From: an uncultured Eubacteriales bacterium
Lineage (GTDB): Bacteria > Bacillota > Clostridia > Lachnospirales > CAG-274
DNA: 64,000 nt
Direction: 5' to 3'
Assembly: GCA_905201505.1 (NCBI GenBank)
Contig: CAJKOJ010000001.1
Coordinates: 8,723 to 72,722 of the forward strand
The notes under the pieces were generated by a model, which saw nothing but the letters and a program-made list of their open reading frames with translations, was not told the origin of the DNA and searched no databases. A program made the translations under genes and the position numbers. Below, in pieces: positions 8,570 through 16,533 of this stretch. How positions within the stretch are numbered: the stretch's first letter is position 1; each line of letters opens with the position of its first letter.

Positions 8570-9448
8570 TCAGCTTAATGCAGTTTTAATATTTTTTAAA
8601 TTTTCGTGCATAACTGAAATATAATTTTCTCCTTTTGCAATTTCCTCTTCTGTAAGACCTTCAAAGGGATTGAGAGGAAGAAGCTTAGCATCTGTTTCAT
8701 CAGCCAGTGTATGGGCTGTTTTAGGTGAGACAAGTTCTTCATAAAAAACGTATTTAATTTTGTTATCTTTTATATAGTTAATAAGTTCCATCATTTTGTC
8801 AGGCGACGGCTCACTGTCTGCTGAAATACCGTCAATAGGTACCTGATTCAGACCATAGGCACTGCAGAGATAGCTGTACGCTTCGTGAGAGACAACTATA
8901 TTTCTGTTATTTTCAGGAATAGTGTTTATTGTATCCCTGAAGGACTTGTCAAGATTGTCAAGTTCTGATAAATAATTTTTGAGATTTTCATTATAGAGAG
9001 ATTTATTTCCAGGATCAATTTCGCAAAATGTATTAAATATATTCTGACATATTACCTCAACGTTTTTTGGGTCAAGCCATACATGAGGGTCAGAGGCATT
9101 TTCATTTGTAAGTATTCCTTCTGATACTTGTACAAATTTTGTGTTGCTTAATGATTGTTTAACTTTATCAACCCAGCTCTCCATACCGAGACCGTTGTAA
9201 AACACTATGTCGGCATCATTTAACTTTGCCATATCCTGAACTGTAGGCTCCCAGTCATGAGGTTCTGTACCTGATGGAACCATATTATAAATATCTGCTT
9301 TATCCCCTGCAATTTCTTTTGCAAAATCATATACAGCATAAAAGCTTGTATAAATCTGAGGTTTGTCAGATTGTACAGATGAGGATGAACATCCTGCTGA
9401 TATAACAGATATTAAACCTAATATTAAAACCGCGAGTAATTTCTTCAT
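8570..9448 (-). CDS. Metal ABC substrate-binding lipoprotein (ZnuA/TroA cluster-9 family)
   Basis: Lipobox ISAGC. Metal-ligand motifs EPHDWEP, DPHVWLDP, SHEAYSY. Confidence 0.8.
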   Translation of the reverse strand: MKKLLAVLILGLISVISAGCSSSSVQSDKPQIYTSFYAVYDFAKEIAGDKADIYNMVPSGTEPHDWEPTVQDMAKLNDADIVFYNGLGMESWVDKVKQSLSNTKFVQVSEGILTNENASDPHVWLDPKNVEVICQNIFNTFCEIDPGNKSLYNENLKNYLSELDNLDKSFRDTINTIPENNRNIVVSHEAYSYLCSAYGLNQVPIDGISADSEPSPDKMMELINYIKDNKIKYVFYEELVSPKTAHTLADETDAKLLPLNPFEGLTEEEIAKGENYISVMHENLKNIKTALS

Positions 9449-9487
9449 AGCTTTTCTCCTTATAAATATAAACTCTCTTAAATTAAT

Positions 9488-9516
9488 AGTATAACACGAT
9501 ATAATATATTTTTCAA
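9488..9516 (-). promoter_or_regulatory. Putative sigma-A promoter of the metal-uptake array
   Basis: On the minus strand: TTGAAA (9516..9511), 17 nt spacer, TATACT (9493..9488). Confidence 0.4.
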
Positions 9517-9522
9517 GGAAAA

Positions 9523-9536
9523 TTAGCTTGAGCTAA
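9523..9536. promoter_or_regulatory. Perfect 6-2-6 palindrome TTAGCTtgAGCTAA; candidate metalloregulator operator
   Basis: Abuts the predicted -35 of the metal-uptake promoter. The same motif recurs in the feoA leader. Confidence 0.45.
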
Positions 9537-9576
9537 CTGTGAATTTTTGTGTTTGAAGATTAAAAAATAAAATTTG

Positions 9577-9603
9577 TTAGCACTCTTTTAAATTGAGTGC
9601 CAA
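9577..9603 (+). promoter_or_regulatory. CIRCE element (HrcA operator)
   Basis: TTAGCACTC-N9-GAGTGCCAA versus the consensus TTAGCACTC-N9-GAGTGCTAA: one mismatch. Confidence 0.8.
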
Positions 9604-9610
9604 AAAGTAC

Positions 9611-9638
9611 TTGACATTTATAAACTTGTATGTATAAT
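9611..9638 (+). promoter_or_regulatory. Sigma-A promoter of htpG
   Basis: TTGACA (9611..9616), 16 nt spacer, TATAAT (9633..9638). Confidence 0.65.
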
Positions 9639-9699
9639 TATATATAGAAGAATACAATTTTAACTATTTATATTGGATTTTTTAAGGAGATGTTTGTTT

Positions 9700-11532
9700 A
9701 TGGAAAAAGGTAATTTATCAATTAACAGTGAGAATATTTTCCCTATAATTAAAAAGTGGCTGTATTCTGATACTGACATTTTTTTAAGAGAACTTGTAAG
9801 TAATGCCTGTGACGCTATTGTCAAGTATAAAAAGCTTGGTTCAATGGGTCAGGCAAGTATTGATGAAGATGAAGAGTTTAAAGTAATAGTAAGACTTGAT
9901 GAAAATGCCAAGACAATTCAGATCGTTGATAATGGTATTGGTATGACAGCTGACGAAATAAAAAAGTATATTACAGAAATTGCTTTTTCAGGAGCTACTG
10001 ATTTTATTACAAAGTATCAGGATCAGTTTGAAAACGGCAGTGACATTATAGGTCACTTTGGGTTGGGATTTTATTCAGCTTTTATGGTGGCTGAAAAGGT
10101 AGAGATTGATTCAAAGAGCTATCAGCCTGATACAGAAGGTGCAAAGTGGATTTGTGATGGTGGTATTGAATATGAAATGGACAGAAGTGAAAAGCTTGAG
10201 AGAGGTACTGCTATAACTCTGTACTTAAATGATGAAAGCAAGGAATTTTTAAATGGGTGGAAGCTGAAAGAAATACTTGCAAAGTACTGCAGTTTTATGC
10301 CTATTGAAATTTATTTTGAAGATGCTTCAAAGAAGGATGATGAGCAGGAAGAAAAGCCTGTAAATGATACAAATCCATTATGGCTTAAAAAGCCAAGCGA
10401 GTGTACTGATGAAGAGTACAAGAATTTTTATCACAAGGTATTTACAGATTTTAATGACCCGCTTTTCTGGATACACCTTAATATGGACTATCCTTTTAGA
10501 CTGAAGGGTATTTTATATTTCCCTAAGCTTAAGCATGAGCTTGAATCGATAGAGGGTCAGGTTAAACTTTATAATAATCAGGTGTTTATTGCAGATAATT
10601 TAAAGGAAGTAATTCCTGAATTTCTTCTCTTATTGAAAGGTACCATTGACTGCCCTGATCTTCCTCTTAATGTAAGCAGAAGTTTCCTTCAGAATGACGG
10701 TTATGTTACAAAGATGAGCAAATACATTACAAAGAAGGTTGCCGATAAACTTAACTCTATGTTTAAAAAGTCAAGAGAGGAATATGAAAAATATTGGGAG
10801 GATATAAGTCCGTTTATTAAGTATGGTGCTATGAGAGAGCACGATTTTTATGAAAAGGTAAAAGACAGTCTTTTGTTTAAGACAACAGATGGCAAGTATG
10901 TAACCTTAACTGAATATACTGATGCAAACAAGGATAAGGCTGAAAATAAAGTGTTTTATGTAAGTGATATACAGCAGCAGGCTCAGTATATAAAGATGTT
11001 TAATGATGAGGGTATGGACGCCGTTGTACTTGATACAAGGCTTGATGTACCTTATGTAAGTTTCCTTGAAGCTTACAGCGGCGGTATTAAGTTTGAGAGA
11101 ATTGATTCTGCAGTATCTGAAATGCTTAAATCAGATAAAGACGCTGAGATTGATACAAAATCCCTTGAAGAAATATTTAAAGGGGCTTTGAGTAAAGAGG
11201 ACTTGAAAATTAAAGTTGAAAATCTTAAATCAACTGAAGTTTCTGCTATGATTGAGCTTAGTGAGCAGAGCCGAAGAATGCAGGAAATGTCTGCTATGTA
11301 TGGAATGGATAACAGGACTTTCCCAAGTGATGAAACTCTTGTACTTAATGCCAATAATAATGTAGTAAAACTACTTCTTGATATAAAGGAAAGTAAAAAA
11401 GAGGAATCAGAAATGATATGCAGGCAGATATATGACCTGGCTGTAATGAGTCATAAGCCACTTTCACAGGAGGCTATGACAGAATTTATTGCAAGAAGCA
11501 ACAAAATTATGGAGCTTTTGGCAGAAAAATAA
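9700..11532 (+). CDS. htpG: Molecular chaperone HtpG (Hsp90)
   Basis: LRELVSNACDA and DNGIGM GHKL ATPase motifs. I place the start at ATG 9700, preceded by AAGGAG, rather than the TTG at 9673. Confidence 0.9.
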   Translation: MEKGNLSINSENIFPIIKKWLYSDTDIFLRELVSNACDAIVKYKKLGSMGQASIDEDEEFKVIVRLDENAKTIQIVDNGIGMTADEIKKYITEIAFSGATDFITKYQDQFENGSDIIGHFGLGFYSAFMVAEKVEIDSKSYQPDTEGAKWICDGGIEYEMDRSEKLERGTAITLYLNDESKEFLNGWKLKEILAKYCSFMPIEIYFEDASKKDDEQEEKPVNDTNPLWLKKPSECTDEEYKNFYHKVFTDFNDPLFWIHLNMDYPFRLKGILYFPKLKHELESIEGQVKLYNNQVFIADNLKEVIPEFLLLLKGTIDCPDLPLNVSRSFLQNDGYVTKMSKYITKKVADKLNSMFKKSREEYEKYWEDISPFIKYGAMREHDFYEKVKDSLLFKTTDGKYVTLTEYTDANKDKAENKVFYVSDIQQQAQYIKMFNDEGMDAVVLDTRLDVPYVSFLEAYSGGIKFERIDSAVSEMLKSDKDAEIDTKSLEEIFKGALSKEDLKIKVENLKSTEVSAMIELSEQSRRMQEMSAMYGMDNRTFPSDETLVLNANNNVVKLLLDIKESKKEESEMICRQIYDLAVMSHKPLSQEAMTEFIARSNKIMELLAEK

Positions 11533-11720
11533 TAGGTTACAGCACTTGAAATGGTGTGCTCTGTCGTGTATACTGTAGGTATTACATTATTAAGTGAAAA
11601 ATATGCTTAATAATAAAGAGAGAAAAACTGTGGAGTTATTCCCTATGTTTGGTATGGGATATTCTGTTGTAATAATAAAACAGAATAAGCAGTTAATTAT
11701 ATGAATTGAGGTGTTGTTAA

Positions 11721-14027
11721 ATGGATAATATGAGAATTATGCCAATTTTATTGCTTGATGAAATAGTTCCCTATCCTAAGTGCAATTACACTATAAGTAT
11801 AGAAGACGAGGCATATACAGAGGCTGTTAAGGCAGCTATGGGTGCTGACAGTTATATAATGCTTGTAAATGCTAAGGATTACAATTTGGGACTTACTGAA
11901 AATAATATCTTTAGAATAGGTACCGTTGCCAAAATAAAAAATGCAATGAGAGGTCTTGACGGAGGTATAAAGCTTTCTGTAAACTGTGTAGAAAGAGCAT
12001 ATATTGACAGTGTGCAGAGAAATGAAGATTTTTCACTTTGCCAGGCAGAATCAATGGTAGAGATTACCAGTGCTGATGATATGAAAGTTTCCGCTTCTAT
12101 TGAAGTTATTAAGGATTTATTTGCAAAGTACAGAAGTGTTGTACCTATGTTGCAGCCTGCCCTTATAAATGATATAAAGAAAATAAATGATTTGGGTGTA
12201 TTATGTGATAAGCTGACTGATAAGCTTGTGCACAATTTTGAAGACAAGAGAACCGTACTTGAAGAAACGGATATTTATGAAAGAGCATTGATTACTATTG
12301 CTCTGCTTGAGAAAGAAATACAGAGAGCTAATGTTAAAAATGATATTATGCTTAAAGCAAAAGAAAATATTGAAGAGGCACAAAAAGAATACTTTCTCAG
12401 AGAAGAACTCAGAGCTATAAATGAGGAACTTGGGGATAAAAGCGGCACAGGTGAGGAAATAAAGGCTTACAGAGAAAAAATGGCTGAACTTAAAATGCCT
12501 GAATATGCAGTTGAAAAGATGGAAAAGGAATTTAAGAGATTGCAGAGGGCAAATCAAGGTACAGCAGAAGGGTCAATAATAAGGGATTATATTGACAATG
12601 TGCTTTCTCTGCCATGGGGAAATATGACTGAAGAGAGCAAATCCCTTAAAAAGGCTGAACAGGTTCTTAACAAAGATCATTACGGACTTGAAAGGGTTAA
12701 AGAAAGAATTGTTGAATATCTTGCTGTAAGATTAAAGGTTGACAATCCTAATGCTCCTATTCTTTGCCTTGTAGGACCTCCGGGTGTCGGTAAAACTTCT
12801 ATTGCAAAGTCAATAGCAAAAGCACTTGGAAGAAAGTATGTGAGAATGAGCCTTGGCGGTATAAGTGATGAGGCTGAAATAAGAGGACACAGAAGAACAT
12901 ATTTAGGTGCTATGCCGGGAAGGATTATAACTGCAATTAAGCAGGCAGGAGCTTCAAATCCTCTTGTACTTTTAGACGAAATAGATAAGTTAGGTAAGGA
13001 TTACAAGGGTGATCCAGCAGCAGCTTTCTTAGAAGTTCTTGACGGGGAGCAAAATGTGAACTTCAGAGATAATTATATTGAAATGCCGTATGATTTGAGC
13101 CGCTGCTTATTCCTTTGTACTGCAAACAGTCTTGACACTATTCCTGGTCCTCTAAGAGACAGACTTGAAATAGTTGAGCTTTCAAGCTATACATCTGAGG
13201 AAAAGTATCATATTGCAGCAGAGTATCTTGTACCTAAGCAGCTTGAGGCTAACGGACTTTCAAAGACACAGCTGAAGTTCAGAAAAGATGCCATTGAAGA
13301 TATGATAGAAAGTTATACAAGAGAAGCGGGTGTAAGAACTCTTGAAAGAACAATAGGTAAGGTTTGCCGCAAGGTTGTCAAGATGCAGCTTGAAAATGAG
13401 GATAAGGCTGTTGTTATAACAAAGAAAAATCTTACTGATTTCTTAGGAAAGAGAATATTTAAGCCTGAAACAATAAATGCTTCTGATGAAGTGGGTATAT
13501 GCAAGGGACTTGCATGGACTGCTGTCGGAGGTACTACACTTGATGTTGAGGTTAATATTTTAAAGGGCAAAGGTGATTTTAAAATCACAGGCAATGTAGG
13601 CAAGGTAATGGAAGAAAGTTATAATGCAGCGTTAAGCTATATAAGAGCAAATGCCGATGCACTTGGTGTAGATATTGATTTTGAAAATACAGATGTTCAT
13701 ATTCATATACCTGAGGGAGCTACACCAAAAGATGGTCCGTCAGCAGGAATCACTATGGCAACAGCTATGGTTTCTGCTATGACTAAAACTCCGGTAAGAG
13801 CTGATATAGCTATGACAGGTGAAATAAGTATAAGAGGCAAAGTTATGCCTATAGGCGGTCTTAAGGAAAAGGTGCTTGCTGCAAAAAGGGCAGGTGTTAA
13901 AAAAGTTATAATACCTGTTGAAAATGCCCCTGACCTTGAAGAAATACCTGAATATGGCAAGGCAAATATGGAATTTGTATTAGCATCTAAGATGAATGAT
14001 GTATTGTCAAACAGTTTGATTAAATAA
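11721..14027 (+). CDS. lon: ATP-dependent Lon protease (LonA)
   Basis: N-terminal LON domain, Walker A GPPGVGKTS, protease motif PKDGPSAG. Confidence 0.9.
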   Translation: MDNMRIMPILLLDEIVPYPKCNYTISIEDEAYTEAVKAAMGADSYIMLVNAKDYNLGLTENNIFRIGTVAKIKNAMRGLDGGIKLSVNCVERAYIDSVQRNEDFSLCQAESMVEITSADDMKVSASIEVIKDLFAKYRSVVPMLQPALINDIKKINDLGVLCDKLTDKLVHNFEDKRTVLEETDIYERALITIALLEKEIQRANVKNDIMLKAKENIEEAQKEYFLREELRAINEELGDKSGTGEEIKAYREKMAELKMPEYAVEKMEKEFKRLQRANQGTAEGSIIRDYIDNVLSLPWGNMTEESKSLKKAEQVLNKDHYGLERVKERIVEYLAVRLKVDNPNAPILCLVGPPGVGKTSIAKSIAKALGRKYVRMSLGGISDEAEIRGHRRTYLGAMPGRIITAIKQAGASNPLVLLDEIDKLGKDYKGDPAAAFLEVLDGEQNVNFRDNYIEMPYDLSRCLFLCTANSLDTIPGPLRDRLEIVELSSYTSEEKYHIAAEYLVPKQLEANGLSKTQLKFRKDAIEDMIESYTREAGVRTLERTIGKVCRKVVKMQLENEDKAVVITKKNLTDFLGKRIFKPETINASDEVGICKGLAWTAVGGTTLDVEVNILKGKGDFKITGNVGKVMEESYNAALSYIRANADALGVDIDFENTDVHIHIPEGATPKDGPSAGITMATAMVSAMTKTPVRADIAMTGEISIRGKVMPIGGLKEKVLAAKRAGVKKVIIPVENAPDLEEIPEYGKANMEFVLASKMNDVLSNSLIK

Positions 14028-14035
14028 ATATTACA

Positions 14036-14091
14036 GAGGTCTTTCAGAATGAAAGGAGTAAATTATTACTGCAAAAAGTCTGAAAGACCTC
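14036..14091 (+). terminator. Long-loop inverted repeat downstream of lon (possible terminator)
   Basis: GAGGTCTTTCAGA ... TCTGAAAGACCTC: 13-bp arms with a 30-nt loop and a weak T tail. Confidence 0.35.
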
Positions 14092-14138
14092 ACTTTATTA
14101 GTAATAAGTGCTGAAGATAATTTGTTTTTAAAATTTGA

Positions 14139-14167
14139 TTGACTTTTAATATTTAATATGTTATTAT
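14139..14167 (+). promoter_or_regulatory. Sigma-A promoter of the cold-shock gene
   Basis: TTGACT (14139..14144), 17 nt spacer, TATTAT (14162..14167). Confidence 0.6.
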
Positions 14168-14196
14168 AAATAAGCAATCTAAGTATCGCATTGTCT

Positions 14197-14255
14197 CACA
14201 TGTTTTTGTAAGCTATCGATTTTCTGTGATGGTTTACAAAAGCATGTGTTTTTTT
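14197..14255 (+). promoter_or_regulatory. Terminator-like hairpin inside the csp 5' leader
   Basis: CACATGTTTTTGTAA (14197..14211) pairs with TTACAAAAGCATGTG (14234..14248) with one G-U pair, followed by TTTTTTT. Confidence 0.5.
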
Positions 14256-14294
14256 GTGAATAGAAAGCAAATAAAATAATTGGAGGTACTGAAA

Positions 14295-14507
14295 ATGAAT
14301 AACGGTACAGTAAAGTGGTTTAACGCAGACAAGGGTTTTGGTTTTATAACTAATAATGACGGAAGCGGAGATGTTTTTGTACATTTTTCTGCAATACAAA
14401 ACGGTGGCTTTAAAACTTTAAATGATGGTGATAAGGTTACATTTGATATTGAAAAGGATGTAAAGAACAGCAGCAGGTCAAGAGCTGTTAATGTACAGCT
14501 TGCGTAA
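14295..14507 (+). CDS. csp: Cold-shock protein (CspA family)
   Basis: [18 protein letters not shown]..., with RNP1/RNP2 motifs. GGAGG RBS precedes ATG 14295. Confidence 0.9.
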   Translation: MNNGTVKWFNADKGFGFITNNDGSGDVFVHFSAIQNGGFKTLNDGDKVTFDIEKDVKNSSRSRAVNVQLA

Positions 14508-14606
14508 ATAATAAACCAATGAAAAGCCTGAAATTTTTAATTGAGGGCTTTTTATATTGTATAAAATTGTTAGTGTAGTTTGGTTAGTTGAAAAGGAGAT
14601 AATATT

Positions 14607-15827
14607 ATTAATAATTTTAATGAATTCGGACTTTGTAAAGAAATTTTAAGAGGTCTTGAAAAAATGAATTTTAAAGAGCCGTCACCGGTTCAAGGGGCTG
14701 CTATTGAGCCAATGCTTAAAAAAGAGGATATATTGGTGCAGGCACCTACAGGTACAGGAAAAACAGCAGCTTTTTGCATTCCTATAGTTGAAAACACTGA
14801 TACACAGCGGAGAAGTGTTCAGTCAGTTATTCTTTCGCCAACAAGAGAGCTTGCAGTGCAGACTGCTGAGGTACTAAGAAAGCTTACTGCTTATACATCA
14901 GGAATAAGATTAGCTGTTCTTTACGGAGGTGAGCCTATCAATCACCAGATTAAGGCACTTAAACGTCATCCTCAGATTATTGTGGCAACGCCGGGCAGAC
15001 TTATGGACCATATGAATAGGAGAACAGTAAGGCTTAATCAAGCAGAATGTGTTGTTCTTGATGAAGCTGATTGTATGCTTGATATGGGATTCAGAGAAGA
15101 TATGGAAGAAATTTTAAAGAAAACTCCGCAGGAAAGACAGACTGTGCTTTTTTCTGCAACTATGTCTGAGGGGATAAGGAAAATTGCCAAGGATTATCAG
15201 AAGGATGCAAAAAATATTTCAATAAAGCAAAACAGTATGGCTGTTGATAAAGTAGAACAGTATTATGTTGAAATGAGAGGGAATACAAAGACAGAAAATC
15301 TTCTTAATTTATTTGAGAAAAAAAGATTTAAGTTATCTCTTGTATTTGTAGCAACAAAGGCTATGGCAGACAAACTGTCAAACCAGCTAAACGGTGCAGG
15401 CTTTTCTGCTGATGCTATACATGGTGATTTGCGTCAGAGACAGAGAGACAGAGTAATGGAAAAATACCGCAGCGGTAAGGTAAGTATACTTGTAGCAACT
15501 GATATAGCAGCAAGGGGTATTGATGTCAACGGAATAGATGCTGTTATAAATTATGATATACCGGGAGACGCAGAAAGTTATGTTCACCGTATCGGGCGTA
15601 CAGGCAGAGCTGAAAAAACAGGTATTGCATATACTTTTGTAGTGCCTAAGGAAAAGGGTAAGTTAAAAGGCATATTAAGAGAAACAAAAGCAAAAGCATC
15701 TCCTTTGAAAATGGGTGATACCAGGTCAAAATTCAGAGAACTGAATAATGAGGGTGAAAATAAAAGAGGGAAATATAACAGGGGCAGGAAGAAAGACCAA
15801 TATAAAAAGAAAGCAGTATATGCTTAA
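14607..15827 (+). CDS. DEAD-box ATP-dependent RNA helicase; probable non-canonical ATT start
   Basis: PTGTGKT, DEAD, SAT, HRIGRTGR motifs. Q-motif upstream residues (FNEFGLCKEILRGLEKMNFKEPSPVQ) are encoded in frame before the first ATG (14664). There is an in-frame stop at 14589 and no ATG/GTG/TTG between them. Confidence 0.75.
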   Translation: MNNFNEFGLCKEILRGLEKMNFKEPSPVQGAAIEPMLKKEDILVQAPTGTGKTAAFCIPIVENTDTQRRSVQSVILSPTRELAVQTAEVLRKLTAYTSGIRLAVLYGGEPINHQIKALKRHPQIIVATPGRLMDHMNRRTVRLNQAECVVLDEADCMLDMGFREDMEEILKKTPQERQTVLFSATMSEGIRKIAKDYQKDAKNISIKQNSMAVDKVEQYYVEMRGNTKTENLLNLFEKKRFKLSLVFVATKAMADKLSNQLNGAGFSADAIHGDLRQRQRDRVMEKYRSGKVSILVATDIAARGIDVNGIDAVINYDIPGDAESYVHRIGRTGRAEKTGIAYTFVVPKEKGKLKGILRETKAKASPLKMGDTRSKFRELNNEGENKRGKYNRGRKKDQYKKKAVYA

Positions 15828-15831
15828 TATT

Positions 15832-15860
15832 AAAAGAACCGATTAAACGGTTCTTTTTTT
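15832..15860 (+). terminator. Rho-independent terminator after the helicase
   Basis: AAAAGAACCG-attaaa-CGGTTCTTTTTTT. Confidence 0.8.
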
Positions 15861-15885
15861 ATACAATAATTTTGTAAAATTTCTA

Positions 15886-15914
15886 TTGACAGATGGTATG
15901 AACTGGTGTATTAT
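15886..15914 (+). promoter_or_regulatory. Sigma-A promoter of the feo operon
   Basis: TTGACA (15886..15891), 17 nt spacer, TATTAT (15909..15914). Confidence 0.6.
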
Positions 15915-15928
15915 ATATGTAGTTAGGA

Positions 15929-15936
15929 TTAGCTAA
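15929..15936. promoter_or_regulatory. TTAGCTAA palindrome within AGTTAGGATTAGCTAACTG, just downstream of the feo -10
   Basis: Shares the 9-mer AGCTAACTG with the site at 9531..9539. Confidence 0.35.
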
Positions 15937-16014
15937 CTGGGGTAGATGCTGCTAATTATAATGGTGCTTTTGCTTTGTTTGTTAGAAAATACCTATATTT
16001 TTTTAAATAATGGG

Positions 16015-16028
16015 TTAGCTATAGCTAA
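16015..16028. promoter_or_regulatory. Perfect 6-2-6 palindrome TTAGCTatAGCTAA in the feoA leader
   Basis: Same arms as 9523..9536. Additional GCTAAT half-sites lie at 15951..15956 and 16042..16047. Confidence 0.45.
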
Positions 16029-16065
16029 TTTGATTAGTAGAAGCTAATATAAACAGGAGGGGTTT

Positions 16066-16278
16066 ATGATGCCTTTAACATTATGTCAGGTAGGAGAGGA
16101 AAGTATAATCAAAAAGGTTGGAGGAAAGGGAGATACTAAAAAATTTCTGAAAAATTTGGGGTTCGTTACGGGCAGCAGTGTTACTGTTGTTTCTGTAATG
16201 AGCGGGAATTTAATTGTAAATATTAAGGAATCAAGAGTTGCTCTAAGCAAGGAAATGGCTAGTAAAATTATGGTTTAG
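16066..16278 (+). CDS. feoA: FeoA-family protein
   Basis: 70 aa SH3-like FeoA (GEESIIKKVGG...LGFVTGSSVTVV). AGGAGG RBS. Confidence 0.8.
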   Translation: MMPLTLCQVGEESIIKKVGGKGDTKKFLKNLGFVTGSSVTVVSVMSGNLIVNIKESRVALSKEMASKIMV

Positions 16279-16287
16279 GAGGATATT

Positions 16288-16521
16288 ATGAAAACTTTAA
16301 AGGAAGCTAAAGTAGGTGAAACTCTTAAGGTTTTGAAACTGACCGGAGAGGGTGCTGTAAAGAGAAGAATCATGGATATGGGAATTACAAAAGGAATTGA
16401 AGTAAATATAAGAAAAGTTGCTCCTTTAGGTGATCCTGTTGAAGTTACGGTAAGAGGTTATGAGCTTTCAATAAGAAAGGCCGATGCTGAAATGATACAG
16501 GTGGACGTTGCTAATAAATAG
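16288..16521 (+). CDS. feoA: FeoA-family protein (second copy)
   Basis: 77 aa (GETLKVLKLTGEG...RRIMDMGITKG). Confidence 0.8.
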   Translation: MKTLKEAKVGETLKVLKLTGEGAVKRRIMDMGITKGIEVNIRKVAPLGDPVEVTVRGYELSIRKADAEMIQVDVANK

Positions 16522-16533
16522 GAGGTATTGTAA

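Noticed and set aside
9673-9699. Track start codons that sit inside or before the RBS: htpG TTG 9673, csp 14280, clpB 19920, hlyIII 24907, fabT 27678, fabK 29173, fabD 30191, accD 33666, arsC 35637, SLH 36130, thrS 45110, the 50259 ORF, the 57904 ORF and 63091.
   Set aside because: In each case a downstream ATG (TTG for the 63058 gene) has a properly spaced GGAGG-like RBS and gives the canonical N-terminus. The longest-ORF starts were replaced accordingly.
11879-12557. Two long antisense ORFs (122 and 118 aa) inside lon. Similar antisense ORFs occur inside dac (23406..23780), hlyIII (24257..24667), fabH (28510..28912), fabK (29229..29862), SLH (36588..37361), ileS and others.
   Set aside because: Each lies wholly within a confidently identified gene on the opposite strand. 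They have low-complexity or Ser/Leu/Ile-rich composition and no RBS. These are typical shadow ORFs.
14049-14114. 21-aa ORF (MKGVNYYCKKSERPHFISNKC) in the loop of the inverted repeat after lon, preceded by an AGAGG-like RBS.
   Set aside because: It is too short and carries no recognisable family signature. The RBS is part of the hairpin arm. It cannot be supported without conservation or Ribo-seq data.
14196-14399. 67-aa minus-strand ORF overlapping the csp start.
   Set aside because: It overlaps the csp leader hairpin and the csp coding region on the opposite strand, with no RBS.
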